64,000 nucleotides of DNA from assembly GCF_006345805.1 (NCBI RefSeq), contig NC_043016.1, positions 10,478,001 to 10,542,000 on the forward strand. The letters are read 5' to 3'. The stretch's first letter is position 1. Each line of letters starts with the position of its first letter. Shown here piece by piece: positions 37,405 to 50,327 of the stretch. The notes beneath the pieces were generated by a model that was not told the origin of the DNA, did not search any database, and saw only the letters and a program-made list of their open reading frames with translations. This DNA comes from Octopus sinensis (taxonomy: Eukaryota). Made by a program: the position numbers and the translations under genes.

Positions 37405-37560
37405 ATGTGTGTTTGCCCCACTCGCCCACCACTTGAGAACTAGTGTTAGTTTGACTACATCCCTGTAACTTAGCAGTTTGGCAAAAGAGGCCAACAGAAT
37501 ATGTACCAGAGTGGTGCTCCAGCATGGCTACAGTCTAATGACTGAAACAAATAAAACATA
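37165..37560 (+). mobile_element. SINE A
   Basis: Homology to family A. Confidence 0.85.
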
Positions 37561-37664
37561 TAAAAATGGAATAAAAGATCTACCTCGATTTCCTGTACAA
37601 CCAGCCAACCATTTGTTTTAGTAACTGAGCATTCACTAGTCCAAGTCATCATTTACAATGGGCA

Positions 37665-37900
37665 GATAGGTGTTCTCATTTTGTTTGTTGTTACCAATAC
37701 ATTTCGGCTGATGTATTCTCCAGCCTTCATCAGGTGTTCTGGTGGAATTTCAAATCCAACCTTTTATTAGACAAATGGAGTACTCTGTTCTCATTCCTAA
37801 TATATTCTTTTTTGTTGATATTATTTCCCAAGTCCCTGCCTGGGACTGAACTCAGAATTCAAGGGTTAGTAGCCAGTGCTCTTATCCATTATGCTATCCA
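37665..37900 (-). mobile_element. Family H1 copy (tRNA head 37831-37897, hammerhead 37693-37738)
   Basis: Minus strand TAGCATAATGG A box, GAGTTCAGTCC B box, and AACAC-CTGATGA-A-GGCTG-GAGAATACAT-CAGCC-GAAA. Confidence 0.75.
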
Positions 37901-38104
37901 TTATCTGGGTAATTATAGAGTGAATTTTGGGGCTTGTAAACCTAATATTTTAACCGAGCCAGTCAGCAGGATGTTCTACACGCTGACCTAATATCTCTCC
38001 AATGCTGCAGAGTTTTTAAGGTGGTTATTTTCTCAATTCTAAACTTTCTGAGTAATGTTCTGGAGTCATCACAGATGTCTGATCATGGGCACATGCAGCT
38101 ATAC

Positions 38105-38497
38105 TCTTTTACTCTTTTACTTGTTTCAGTCATTTGACTGTGGCCATGCTGGAGTGCCACCTTTAGTCGGGCAAATCAACCCCAGGATTTATCCTTTGTA
38201 AGCCTAGTACATATTCTATCGGTCTCTTTTGCCGCAAACACACCAGCATCAGTTGTCAAGCGATGTTGGGGGGACAAACACAGACACACAAACATATACA
38301 CATACACATACATATATATATATATACATATATACAACGGGCTTCTTTCAGTTTCCGTCTACCAAATCCACTCACAAGGCTTTGGTCGGCCCGAGGCTAT
38401 AGTAGAAGACACTTGCCCAAGGTGCCACGCAGTAGGACTGAACCCGGAACCATGTGGTTCGTAAGCAAGCTACTTACCACACAGCCACTCCTGTACC
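38105..38497 (-). mobile_element. SINE A
   Basis: Homology to family A. Confidence 0.88.
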
Positions 38498-38979
38498 TAT
38501 ATATTTTATTTTATTGTAATTTATCATATTTTACACATATTTGGGAATTTTGACTGGCAACTGTTGGTGCTGCCACCTACAGGTGCTTTCAGAGTAAGAG
38601 ACAGAGAGAAAGAGTGTTTACCATGACATAGAAAGGAGGGAGAATTTTCCCTCAAAGGGAGATAACCGCTCAGGGTTTATAATCTTTTTTTTTCTTCTTT
38701 TGCTTTGTTTTATTTTAGTTATTTGTTTATTCTTCTTTTATCTTTTACCTTTTTACTTGTTTCGGTCATTAACTGTGGCCATGCTGGGGCACTGCACTGC
38801 CGTGAAGGGTTTTAGTCAAACAAATTGACACTAGTACTTAATTTTTTTTAAAAACCTGGTACTTATTTTATTGGACTCTTCTGCCAAACCGCTAAGTTAC
38901 AGGGGACATAAACACATCAACAGCAGTTGCTAAGCAGCAGCAATAGGCAGGGAGCAAACCTAATCACAAATACATGCAC

Positions 38980-39012
<33 letters not shown>

Positions 39013-39015
<3 letters not shown>

Positions 39016-39303
39016 TGGAGGCACATGGCTTAGTGGTTAGAGCAGTGGACTCGTGGTCGAGGGACCGCGGGGTTGAATCTCAGACCAGGCAATGTGTGAG
39101 TTTATGAGCTCCACACAGCTCCAGCAGAAGGTAATGGCAGACTTCTGCTGACTCTTTCGCCACAACTTTCTCTCACTCTTTCCTCCTACATCTTGCAGCT
39201 CACCTGTGATGGACCAGTGTCCCATCCAGTTGGGGAACCTATTTGCCAAGGAAACCGGAAAACCAGCCCTATGAGCCAGGCATGGCTTGAGAAGGAACAA
39301 ACA
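39013..39303 (+). mobile_element. tRNA(Arg)-like SINE family C, tail type 1
   Basis: TGGCTTAGTGG A box, GACTCG(T/C) anticodon-like segment, GGTTGAATC B box; (AAAC)n end. Confidence 0.8.
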
Positions 39304-39634
39304 ATATATATATACATATACATATAACAGTTTAACTAGGTGTTAAGTAACCACCTAAGGGATATTAAATATCTGAAGAATTTACTGGTTTATGTTACCT
39401 ATATCAATAACAATGTTATTCCAATAGGTAAATAAAAAATAAACATGCAGTTTATCAATAAATAAATGTAAATAAGAAATAGAAAGCAAAACAATAAATT
39501 GAACAATTAGAAATTGATGTGTCATTTGTTTGTATAAAATATTTAAATTGAATTGATTGAATTTATATTTGTTCAATTAATTGTTTTGTTTTCCAATTCT
39601 TTTATGTGTGTGTGTGTGTGTGTGTGTGTGTATA

Positions 39635-39930
39635 CATCATCATCATCATCATCATCGTTTAGCGTCCGCTTTCCATGCAAGCATGGGTTGGACGGTTCAA
39701 CTGGGGTCTGGGAAGCCAGAAGGCTGCACCAGGCTCCAGTCTGATCTGGCAATGTTTCTACGGCTGGATGCCCTTCCTAACGCCAACCACTCCGTGAGTG
39801 TAGTGGGTGCTTTTTACGTGCCAGACGAGGCTGGCAAATGGCCACGATCAGATGGTGCTTTTTACGTACCACCGGCACAGAGGCCAGGCAAGGCTGGCAA
39901 CGGCCATGATCGGATGGTGCTTTTTACGTG
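39635..39930 (-). mobile_element. RTE 3' UTR-only copy
   Basis: Reverse complement of 17040-17325. Confidence 0.85.
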
Positions 39931-40067
39931 TGTATATATATATGTATGTATATACATATTTATATATATAAACAGCTAATTTTGTTCAAGGATGCTGAAA
40001 CAGCTATATTGTAAGAAATAATAGTTAAAATCTTTTAATGCTGTAAGAAGCATGCAATATATATCTA

Positions 40068-40302
40068 CAGGGTGGCCCAGAAGTAGGGTTACATTAATCG
40101 TATAGGCACTTTAAATTTTTTTTAAAACATTTTATTACATTTAAATTTCTATCTTACAGACTCAAAAGGGAGCTTGAGAAAATTAACTAAATTAGCATAG
40201 AATAATGGTTTCTTATTTTTTTTTAAATAATTAAGATCTAAACTGTTATATGAATGTGAAAGAGATGGTTGAATAACTGTAAACCTACCTTTGGGCCACC
40301 CT

Positions 40303-40303
<1 letters not shown>
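40068..40303. mobile_element. Tc1/mariner-type MITE
   Basis: ~26-bp TIRs CAGGGTGGCCCAGAAGTAGGGTTACA / TGTAAACCTACCTTTGGGCCACCCTG; TA on the left flank. Confidence 0.8.
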
Positions 40304-40349
<46 letters not shown>

Positions 40350-40999
40350 ACACACACACATATGTATGTATGTATGTATATATATACATACATATATATA
40401 TATATGTAAACGTCTATACACTGAAAGGGGAGATAACTACCCCAAGGGCATCTCTAGGATAACTAGACCAGACTAGCTTTTGACTCTCATTTCTTGCAAT
40501 TTTCAGAAATTATGGCCTTTCAGTCACCATCAGCCAATTCCAGTCACAAGGCTTTAGTCAGCCCAATACTATAGTAGAAGACACTTGGCCAAAGTGTCAC
40601 ACAGTGGGACTGAACCCAGAACCATGTAATTGAGAAGCAGGCTTCGTACCACACAGATATGCCTACACCTATTCTTTTATTTATTTATTTATTGAAGTTG
40701 TTGCAGTGTAACACCTGACAAGGTACAACAAAACCTAATAACATGTATGAGACTAGTGCACATCACCAACAGCAAGTGTAAGGGATTAATAGCTGAGCTG
40801 TTCTCACCGAGTCCAGCTTCCCTTATTACTATCATGGCCATCCCTAGTATTTGTTGGTGGGCGGGAATAGACAGAATAGTAGAGAGAGTGCAGTGTGGAG
40901 TGAAGTGTCACACTTCACTCTCTCTCTCTCTGTATGATATTGCACTGTATGTCAGTGACAGCAGAATGGACCTGGCATGTAGCTTGGTGGTTAAGGTAA

Positions 41000-41805
41000 A
41001 GGTAAAGGTCAAGTTACCTTCTCAAGTCATGCTGACCCATAAGGGCCAGTTTCCTTGTTTCTGCAGGTGTACATATCCCCTCCCTGTATGGGAATGCCAG
41101 TCTGTTGCAGGATTACTCACTTTTTTGCCAGTTGAGTGGACCGGAGCAATGTGAAATGAAGTGTCTTGCTCAAGGACACATCATGTCGCCCAGTCCAGGA
41201 ATCGAAACCACAATCTTATGGTGATGAGCCCAATACCCTAACCACTAAACCAAGTGCCTCTACAAAAGTAGAGTTACCTTATCGAGTCATGCCAACTCCT
41301 AAGGGTCAATTTCCCAGTCTCCATGGCAAAAACATTCCCCCACCCTGGTTGGGACGCCAGTCCATCACAGGATTACTCATTTTTGCCAGCTGGAAAAACA
41401 TGAAATGAAGTGTCTTGCTCAAGAACACAATGCATTGCCCAGTCTAGGAAGTGAAACCACAATCTTACAATCATCAGTCCAATGCTCTAACCATTAAGCC
41501 ATGCATCTTCACAGTGATTAGAGTGCTGACTCGTGATCATAAGGTTACGAGTTCAATTACCGGTAGTGCTTTGTGTCCTTGAGCAAGACACTTTATTTCA
41601 CGTTGCTCCAGTCCACTCAGTAGTACCTGTATTTCAAAGTGCTGACCATGTTATATTTAGTGTCACGCTGAATCTTCCTGAAAACTACATTAAAGATACA
41701 TGTGTCTGTGGAGTGCTCAGCCACTTACATGTTAATTTCATGCACAGGCTGTTCCATTGATTGGATCAACTGGAACTCTTGTCAATTTAACTAATGGAGT
41801 ACCAT
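41000..41805. mobile_element. Cluster of CORE-type SINEs: two (-) at 41000-41512 and one (+) at 41512-41805
   Basis: GTGTCTTGCTCAAG / CTTGAGCAAGACAC motifs; the 3' part of the (+) copy matches 45458-45650. Confidence 0.75.
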
Positions 41806-42009
41806 TTTTTTCCTTTTTTCTTTTTTAGGCAGAAACATTGTTTGATTAGAGAAACAAATTTGTGAAACACACCAAGTTGTTTTGCTGACCATCTATTTAT
41901 AATAGGTCAGCTTGGTCACAGCTGGTCTGAGGTTACCAAAAAAAAACAAAAAAACAGCTGTAAGATAAACCTTTTGAATCTGGTATCTCTGACTCTGATC
42001 TTTATATAA

Positions 42010-42270
42010 CAGAATGGTTGGTACACAGCTATGGAAAATGTTTGATACACAGCTGTACAAAATGGTCAGCATAGAGCTGTCAAGAATGGTAAGTTGGTAG
42101 ACATAGGTTGGTAAATAACCTTACAGAAGTGGTTGGTACATAACTGTAGAAAATTATTGGTTCTTAATTTCAGAGAATAGTTTGTACACAGCTGCAGAAA
42201 ATATTTGATATGCAACTTTAGAGAATTATTTGGTACATAACTTAAGAGAACTTTTGGCTCAGAGCTGAAG
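42010..42270. repeat. Degenerate ~24-bp minisatellite (AATGGTTGGTACACAGCTGTAGAA-like)
   Basis: About 10 diverged units. Confidence 0.65.
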
Positions 42271-42512
42271 TAAACAGATGGAATTTAGACAATGACTGGC
42301 ACTTCTATTTAGGGAATGGCTGTATTTAGAATAAACCACTCGGACTATATTAAATAAATGACTTTCAGAGAGAAAAAGAAAACTGTAAAAAATCTATAAA
42401 AAAATCTAAAAAAAAAACACAAAAGTAAATATGCATTTAACAATTTAGAAAGAGTATTGTTAAAAAGACAAAGAAGAATGGTAGGAAGAATGGTCATCAT
42501 GATGAAGCAAAT

Positions 42513-42922
42513 ACTCTTTTACTTTTTTACTTGTTTCAGTCATTTTGACAGTGGCCATGCTGGAGCACCACCTTTAGTCAAGTAAATCGACCCCAGGACT
42601 TAATTTTTTGTAAGCCTACTACTTATTCTGTTGGTCTCTTTTGCCAAACTGCTAAGTTACGGGGGCGTAAACACACCAGCATCGGTTGTCAAGCGATGCT
42701 GGGGAGGGGGACAATCACAGACACACAAATATATACACATATATATATATATATACATATATACGATGGGCTTCTTTCAGTTTCTGTCTACCAAATCCAC
42801 TCACAAGGTTTTGGTCGGCCCAAAGCTATAGTAGAAGACAGTTGCCCAAGGTGTCACGCTGTGGGAACTGAACCCGGAACCATGTGGTTGGTAAGCAAGC
42901 TACTTACCACACAGCCACTCCA
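42513..42922 (-). mobile_element. SINE A
   Basis: Homology to family A. Confidence 0.88.
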
Positions 42923-43762
42923 GTGCCAATATGTCAGTACTTTTTAACTATCTCACCCCCATTAAAAAAATCTTATTAGCTCTCAGTTTTACAAGAAATA
43001 TCGGTACTTTTGATCATCTCCCTCAACTAAAAGAATTGTTTAACCCTCAATAAAACAAAAATAAAAGAAGGAAAAATCAATAAACATGAAAACTGAAAAA
43101 ATTAAACATCTTATTGAATATTATAGCCCAATTTTTTAAATGGCAACATTTTAATGGGTGTGTGATAACCAAAAAGTACCCAAATGTTTTTCTATGTGGT
43201 AGATGACATTTGCTAATTCTATCTTTTTTTATATATATATATATTTGGTGATGCAGGAAAACTTATCACTACTTTTAGCAATATTTTGATGGTTCGCCAC
43301 TTAACATTCTGACAACAAAAGACAAGACATCTGTCAAAATACCAATAATATTGTTCTCTTTGTCATGCCAGTTAATCCCAAACAAAGCTAAATATTTGAT
43401 ATTAAACAAATTCCAACGAGAGAGAGAATGACATGAAAACATTGTCACTGATGTTAAAAGGGCAGAGATTTATGAAAAACTTGGCTGCTTGTGTCAGAAT
43501 TCTCACCTGACAACCAAACATGTTTCATTCACGTACTTACCATAAGTTTTGCTGTTTTTGTTGCTTTTTGCTCCCGACTAGAATTTCGTTATGGTTCAAT
43601 GTTCGTTGACTCTTTTGTTGTGAAAGTCACCAAAAGTTGCGAAGCAATGGCTGTGTGGTAAGAAGCTTGCTTCCCAACCACATAGTCCTAGGTTTAGTAC
43701 CACTGCATGATGCTTTGGGCAAGTATCTTCTACTATCAGCCTTGATGTAACCAAAGCCTTGT

Positions 43763-44063
43763 TTGTTCCTTCTTGAGCCACGCCTAGCTCATAAGGGCTG
43801 CTTTCCCGGTTTCCTTGGCGTATAGGTTCCCCACCTGGATGGGACGCCGGTCCGTCGCAGGTCAGCTGCAAGAGGCAGGAGGAAAGAGTGAGAGAAAGTT
43901 GTGGCCAAAGAGTGAGCAGAACTTTGCCAATACCTTCTGCCAGAGCTGTGTGGAGCTTAGGTGTTTCACTCATAAACACACACATATCGCCCAGTATGAG
44001 ATTCGAACCCGCGATCCCTCGACGGCGAGTTCACTGCTCTATCCACTAGACCATGTACCTCCA
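43763..44063 (-). mobile_element. SINE C (tail type 1) inserted into a SINE A and flanked by a 92-bp direct duplication
   Basis: Reverse complement of 39013-39303; 43671-43762 is repeated at 44064-44155. Confidence 0.85.
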
Positions 44064-44764
44064 TTCCCAACCTCATAGTCATAGGTTTAGTCCCACTGCA
44101 TGATACTTTGGGCAAGTAACTTCTACTATCAGCCTTGATGCAACCAACGCCTTGTGAGTAGATTTGGTATACAGAAACTGAGAGAAGATCATTGTGTGTG
44201 TGTGCATTAGAGTGGCCCTTATTTTTCAGCTTTCTAAAAGTTTAGCCCCCACCCATCTTGTTCCAATTAACAAAAAAAAAAACCAATCTATGCAAAATTT
44301 TAGCTCAATCAAACAACTGCAAGGTGACCCTCATTGACCATGAAATTTTGAAGTTTTTGCCCAGAAATTCATTTTTTCAAATAAAAATTTTTATCTCTTA
44401 TATAATTTTCTCTTAAATTAAAAACTTATTCAGGCTTATTCTTGGTAATAGAAAGGTAAATGACAATAAATATATTGGGAAAGGCAACTTGCAAAGCTGG
44501 GGACAGAGTGCAGGTAAAGGGCAAACACCTATTTTTCACCATCATCCAGTTGAGGGCCAGCAGTGAGCGAGTGCGGTTGTGAGTTGCGTTCATCTGTTGA
44601 AAGAATTGTACTGCACCTAATGGTAGTGCTGAGAAATAAAATATACTTTAGTGATGAACAGGGAACTAATATGACTTGTCCACATTTGTAGATATAAGTC
44701 AATTTATTTGTAATAACTTGTAACCATTCGTTCATTTTGTTGTGGGGCTCTCTCTTTCTATCCA

Positions 44765-45090
44765 CTCAGTTGAAGTCGACTCTCGGTCACTCGTTGGATC
44801 AGTGTCCTCCAGTCAGTTCTATCCTGGGCTGCTTCCTTCAGATTGGTCATGTCCATTCCAGTATCACTCCTGATGGTGTCAAGCCACTGGGTTCTTGGTC
44901 AGCCTCTTCCTCTCTTGCCACTGACCATTCCGAGCATGATGTCCTTCTCCAGGGATTCTCTCCGAAATATGACCGAAAAATGCCAATCTACGCTTGGTGA
45001 TTCCAGCTTCTAGCAACATTTTCGGCCTTATCTGCTTAAGAACTTCTCCATTGGTGAGCCCCGCTGTCTATGGAATCCGCAAAAGTGTTG
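44765..45090 (-). pseudogene. RTE-like LINE 3' fragment nested in the hAT element
   Basis: Minus strand IMLGMVSGKRGRG.PRTQWLDTIR...AAQDRTDWR. Confidence 0.7.
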
Positions 45091-45457
45091 TGGGGCATTA
45101 TGATATAGTTCTTCCCCTGTTGTGTTAGTAGCCCTGACAAAATTGTTATACCATGTTTATAACCTCTCCGTCTTTATAATGTTATGTGCTTTGTATTCTT
45201 ATTTTCAATGCCTTTGAACAAAATTTAGAGAAGTGAGACACACAGAAATACAGCACAAATTTAACCTAAACAACTGTCAAGAATTAGTGTTACACTAGGA
45301 TAGAAAGCTGCTCTCTGCACTCCCAGGCATTGGAAAGGCAACAGACTGGCAATAATAGTAACTTTTCAAGGTAAGGAGCAATTGTTGAGAGTCCCTGAAA
45401 TTCCAATATCTGCCAGAGAACTGCAAACCATGGCTGTTTACCAAGCAGTGGTGAAGT

Positions 45458-45842
45458 GGAAGCACTCCGTTGGTTATGACGACGAGGGTTCCGGTTGATC
45501 CTATCAACGGAACAGCCTGCTCGTGAAATTAACGTGTAAGTAGCTGAGCACTCCACAGACACGTGTACCCTTGACGTAGATATCGGGGATATTCAGCATG
45601 ACACAGAGAGTGACAAGGCCGGCCCTTTGAAATACAGGTACAACAGAAACAGGAAGTAAGAGTGAGAGAAAGTTTGTGGTGAAAGAGTACAGCAGGGATC
45701 ACCACCATCCCCTGCCGGAGCCTCGTGGAGCTTTTAGGTGTTTTCGCTCAATAAACACTCACAACGCCCTGTCTGGGAATCGAAACCGCGATCCTACGAC
45801 TGCGAGTCCACTGCCCTAACCACTGGGCCATTGCGCCTCCAC
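45458..45842 (-). mobile_element. SINE C, tail type 2
   Basis: Head GGAGGCGCAATGGCCCAGTGGTTAGGGCAG..GACTCGCAG..GTTTCGATTCC. Confidence 0.85.
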
Positions 45843-46046
45843 ATAGTGATGAAGTAGGGTATAACCGACAACATTCAGGCACTTTGCTGTGATACGACAG
45901 CCAGCAACACAGGTCGAGTGAATGGTACCTGTACAAATCTAGAAAAGTTGTTCAATCACAACTTATTGTATTTCCCTTGCCTTCATCACATTTATGAGTC
46001 AGTTAGTTTTTAGGAGATGGTTTGTCTTGCTGATGGCTGCAACTTC

Positions 46047-46260
46047 TGTACATTATTTACATTATTTACGTTTGACGGATATTTGTCCTCGTCTTGTTTT
46101 TTGTTAACACAACAATGTTTCAGCTGATTTACTCTCCAGCCTTCATCAGGTATCCTGGTAGAATTTTAAACCCAACTCTGGGTTCTCATTCCTAAGGTAT
46201 TTTTTGCTGATGTTCTTCTTCTCTTCTTCTTCTTCTTCTTCTTCTTCTCTTCTTCTTCTT

Positions 46261-46291
<31 letters not shown>

Positions 46292-46335
46292 TTATTATTA
46301 TTATTATTATTATATTATTATTATTATTATTATTG
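46047..46335 (-). mobile_element. Family H1 3' part (hammerhead ~46106-46154) ending in (AAG)n(AAT)n
   Basis: Homologous to 1231-1440. Confidence 0.75.
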
Positions 46336-47670
46336 CCTTTTCACAGCTTCTAATGCTGGAGATGTACTACCTTTGAACTAAGTTAACACCTCTTATTTTT
46401 TGAGCACCTTCCGGAGTATTCGAGTGGTTCCAAGCAGTGCTGTTTTCTGCAAGTGCTCCACCCTTCTTGCAGCCCCTATTTGTTCCACGTACTTCTCAAG
46501 ATGTTTGCTCACTGTTTCTGGGGCTCTGACAATTATTGGTACTACAGCTACCTTTTTCATCGACCACAACTGCTTAACTTCCCAAGCTAACCTGTCATAT
46601 CTATCGACTTTTCTTTCTTCCTTATCTCATACCTTGTTATCAGCTGGGTATGCTATGTCTATGATCCAGCATTGTTTTCTTTCTCAATTAAGACCATGTC
46701 CGGCTTCCTATTCTCTGTCTCATACTCTCTTTACTCTTTTACTTGTTTCAGTCATTTGACTGTGGCCATGCTGGAGCACCACCTTTAGTCGAAGAAATCG
46801 ACCCCAGGACTTATTCTTTGTAAGCCTAGTACTTATTCTATCGGTCACTTTTGCCGAACTGCTAAGTTACGGGGACATAAACAAAATCTCATAGGATCTT
46901 TGCATTTCTATTTTTGACGATGTCTTCAGGTTTGTGTTCATACCAAATTTTTGCTCTGTCAAGTCCTTACTTGTTGCAAAGTGTCCAATGTACAAGCCTG
47001 GCTGTATTGTCGTGGCATCTCTTATATTCCTTCTGGGCTAATGGTGTACATTGGCTGGTAATATACCATACGGTTTCACTGTTTTGTCCACAGATTCTGC
47101 ACTTATCACTTTCTGCTCTGTTGTCTACTCTGTATTTTATGTAGTTTGTTCTTAGTGCTTGCTCTTGGGCAGCACAGATTAGAGCCTCCGTTTCTGGTTT
47201 TAAATCACTTTTAGTCATCCACAGCCATCTTTTTTCTCTGCCTGTCTTATCTTCAACATCCCTATGAAATTGACCATGCATTCTTTTCATTACCCACCTG
47301 TATCTAGTTTCGTTCATTTTCAATTGCCTGTACTGTGCTTTATCTTCGTAATCTTTCATCCTACACAAGCCTGACCTTCCTACTTCTAATAATAACAGTT
47401 CTGTGGCATTTTTTTTACATACCATACTATGCTGTTTTCTTCTGATCTAATGCTGTGTTCGCATCCAATAAGTCCTCTTCTGCCTCTTTTTCTTGGTACA
47501 TACATTCTGTCTGTGTCACTTTTTGGGTGGAGTGACCCATATCTAGTTAGCAACTTCCTCATCTTTCTGTCTAAGCTGTTTAGTTTGGCTACTGTCCAAT
47601 TGGTTACCTCTGCTCCATATCTAAGGAGTGAAACCACCCAGGTGTTGATAGCTTCAATCTTATCCTGTCC
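46335..47670 (-). pseudogene. R4/Dong-like RLE non-LTR retrotransposon, 5'-truncated, with a SINE A fragment at 46722-46883
   Basis: MYVPRKRGRRGL, MHGQF, LKPETEALICAAQEQAL, CRICGQNSETVWYITSQC, RCHD; 3' end abuts (TAA)n. Confidence 0.88.
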
Positions 47671-48854
47671 AAATGGATCAGTCTCAGTCTGTGCAAGTAT
47701 TCCAACCATTACACTATATACCCACGGGCATACAGAACAACTTCTGGTCCAGACATGGTGTTTTAGAGAAACCTGGACAAAAGGGAGGTTTATTAACTAG
47801 TAGCAATGAAGTGCTTGATGATGTCCGTTCTATCATTCTTGGATTTCTTGAATACCACCTTTCTATGCAGAGACAGCAGCAAAATGATTACCAAGAATTG
47901 TTGGAGTTAACAATGATCTTTCTTGACAGCATTCTGAAGAATGGAGTATCGTTCCTTACATCAGGAGCTGTAAGTCTTGCAAGGTGGGTGTCAAAAGCAA
48001 TTTACACATTTAAGATATACCTGTTTCAAGATCAATTTCCCTTATCTCCTGGGGAGAAGAACTCTTTAAGAAGAATATGTATTTTTCTTGCTCAAGTGTA
48101 TGTTGTAGTCTGGTTTCTGTCATCAGAAGCAATTAAAGTACCTTATCGTGATTTCCTATTCATGTGTCAACTGATAAATTATCAGGATATTGATCCAGAA
48201 ATCAGTAAGGCTGCTGCAAAAAAATTTTCTATTTCTGGTACTTAGCTCCTGAAACTGTGGCTCTGTCCATATTTGATGACAATGTTCCAACAGAGGTGAA
48301 GGCAAACATGGCTCAAGTTATGCAGGAAGCAGACAAAGGTGAAGATGAGGAGGAAGAAAAAAATCAACTGAAGAGGTACATTCTGCACCAAAATGACTTT
48401 TCTTCCTTTACAAACAATGAGTTTTCATCTTTTGTAACGCCTGGTACAAAATCTTTCTTCGCAAGATTTTCTATTCAGCACCGATTTCTTCGACAAAGAC
48501 CCTTCAAAAATGGAAGAATGATCCTTCTTATAAAAGTGGACTTGAAAAACCTGAGAAGACAGTTGTTGTGATTGATGTTGCAGAAGGAGGTGTCAAACTC
48601 ATTCAGGATTACAATAACATTCTCACAAAAGTTGAAACTGAGAAATGATTTGTTTTACAGATCGTTACAAAAACCGTAAAACATACCCAACTGCCATTAA
48701 ATCTTCTCTTATGCAAAAATAATGTTCAATATTTAGTCTTCATTTTATGTTTTTGTTTCTATAGAAATTGTTGTTGTAAATAAAAATGCGTTTCTCTTAT
48801 AGAAGTTGAGTGCTTTATTATGAAAACTTAATACTTCTTAATTTTTTTTATCTT

Positions 48855-49247
48855 CCCGACTGGCTTCTGTGCCGGTGGAACATAAAAAGCACCATCCGAA
48901 CATGGCCGATGCCAGCGCCGCCCCGACTGGCTTCTGTGCCAGTGGAACATAAAAAGCAGCATCCAAACGTTGCCAGTGCCGCCTTGGCTGGCTTCCGTGC
49001 CGCTGGCACGTTAAAAGCTCCAACCGATCGTGGCCGATGCCGGACCCCGCCCTGGCACCTGTGCAGGTGGCACGTAAAAAGCACCCACTACACTCGCGGA
49101 GTGGTTGGCATTAGGAAGGGCATCCAGCCGTAGAAACTCTGCCAGATCAGACTGGAGCCTGGTGCAGCCCCTGGCTTCCCAGACCCTGGTCGAACCGTCC
49201 AACCCGTGCTAGCATGGAAAACGGACATTAAACGATGATGATGATGA
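48855..49247 (+). mobile_element. RTE 3' UTR-only copy with about five hairpin repeat units
   Basis: GTGCC(GGT)GG(C/A)AC-(A/G)TAAAAAGCAC units and a (GAT)n tail. Confidence 0.85.
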
Positions 49248-49656
49248 TTTCAGGAACTTTTCCAATTAGCTATTGGTAAATTTGATTCAGAATGTTTTTA
49301 AACATCTGCTGGGGTTGCCTGGGAGTTTCCACATAAATTTCTCTAAGAAGAAAAAAGAAAATGGTTGAGAAAGGGAACAGTGTACCGCTTTTGGACAGAA
49401 TTATTTGTTGCGTATACTATGTTCCAACTTTTGAGGGTCGCTTAGCAGTTGTCCGATTAAGCTGAAATTTTGCACACCCTGTTGTTTAGTTTATTGGAAC
49501 AGGATTAGGGGGTAGGAATAGCAAAAAATTGTGACTTTTGAAAAATTATCTATTGCCAAGGGCCACTTTAGTGTGCATAGACAGACAGACAGATATGTAT
49601 GTATGTATTTATATACATACATATATACATACATACATACATACATATATATATAC

Positions 49657-49719
<63 letters not shown>

Positions 49720-49739
49720 TAAGAGACAGAGAGAGAGAG

Positions 49740-49970
49740 AGAGATAGTTGTATATGTATGTCTGTGTGTGTGGTAAGCCTTCATTTCTATGTTTGTTCCC
49801 ACCACTGCTTGACAACCGGTGTTGGTTGTTTATGTCTCTGTAACCTACCAGTTTGACAATAAGAGACTGATAGTATAAGTACCAGGCTTTAAAATATATA
49901 CTGGGGGTCATTCATTCAGTTAAACCCTAAAGGTGTTCTCCTGCATGACCACAGTCCAATGAGTGAAACA
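49740..49970 (+). mobile_element. 3' half of the SINE A interrupted by the hAT element
   Basis: Continues the SINE begun at 43643/44064. Confidence 0.7.
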
Positions 49971-50327
49971 AAAACCAAAAAAAAAATATATAAGAAAAAG
50001 AAGTGAGGTTGCAAAATAAATTTAAAAAATTAGAAAGAGGAGAAAAGTTGTTTGAAAATTAAAAAAAAGAAAATGGTGTAAAACATGATGGAATATCAAT
50101 ACTTTAACCATTCTGAAAAACATTGTTGACTTGTTGAGCAGTTATGGTAAAGTAAGAAGAGCTAGGTATCAGAAGAATCCATCAGGAGAAATTGCTTCAT
50201 CTCCTTCCCTCACCATTGAAGGAGGGCAGGCAGCTTTTGTCTTTTTCTTCGGGTGGTATATTGGCTGGTTGATTGGTCCATATTACCTGGTGAGGAGCAT
50301 AGGACCACTTTCCATGGTTCCTCTGGT

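Larger units (their letters stand above)
45280..48720 (+). pseudogene. Fragmented hAT-type transposase
   Basis: IQALCCDTTASNTGRVNG...PCLHHIYE (45872-46000); DYQELLEL, ARWVSKAIY, WYLAPETVALSIFD, DVAEGGVKLIQDYN. Confidence 0.8.
44208..49570 (+). mobile_element. hAT-superfamily (hATm-like) DNA transposon fossil with nested insertions
   Basis: TIR TAGAGTGGCCCTT / AAGGGCCACTTTA, long imperfect subterminal IRs, perfect 8-bp TSD GTGTGCAT (44200-44207, 49571-49578). Confidence 0.9.
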
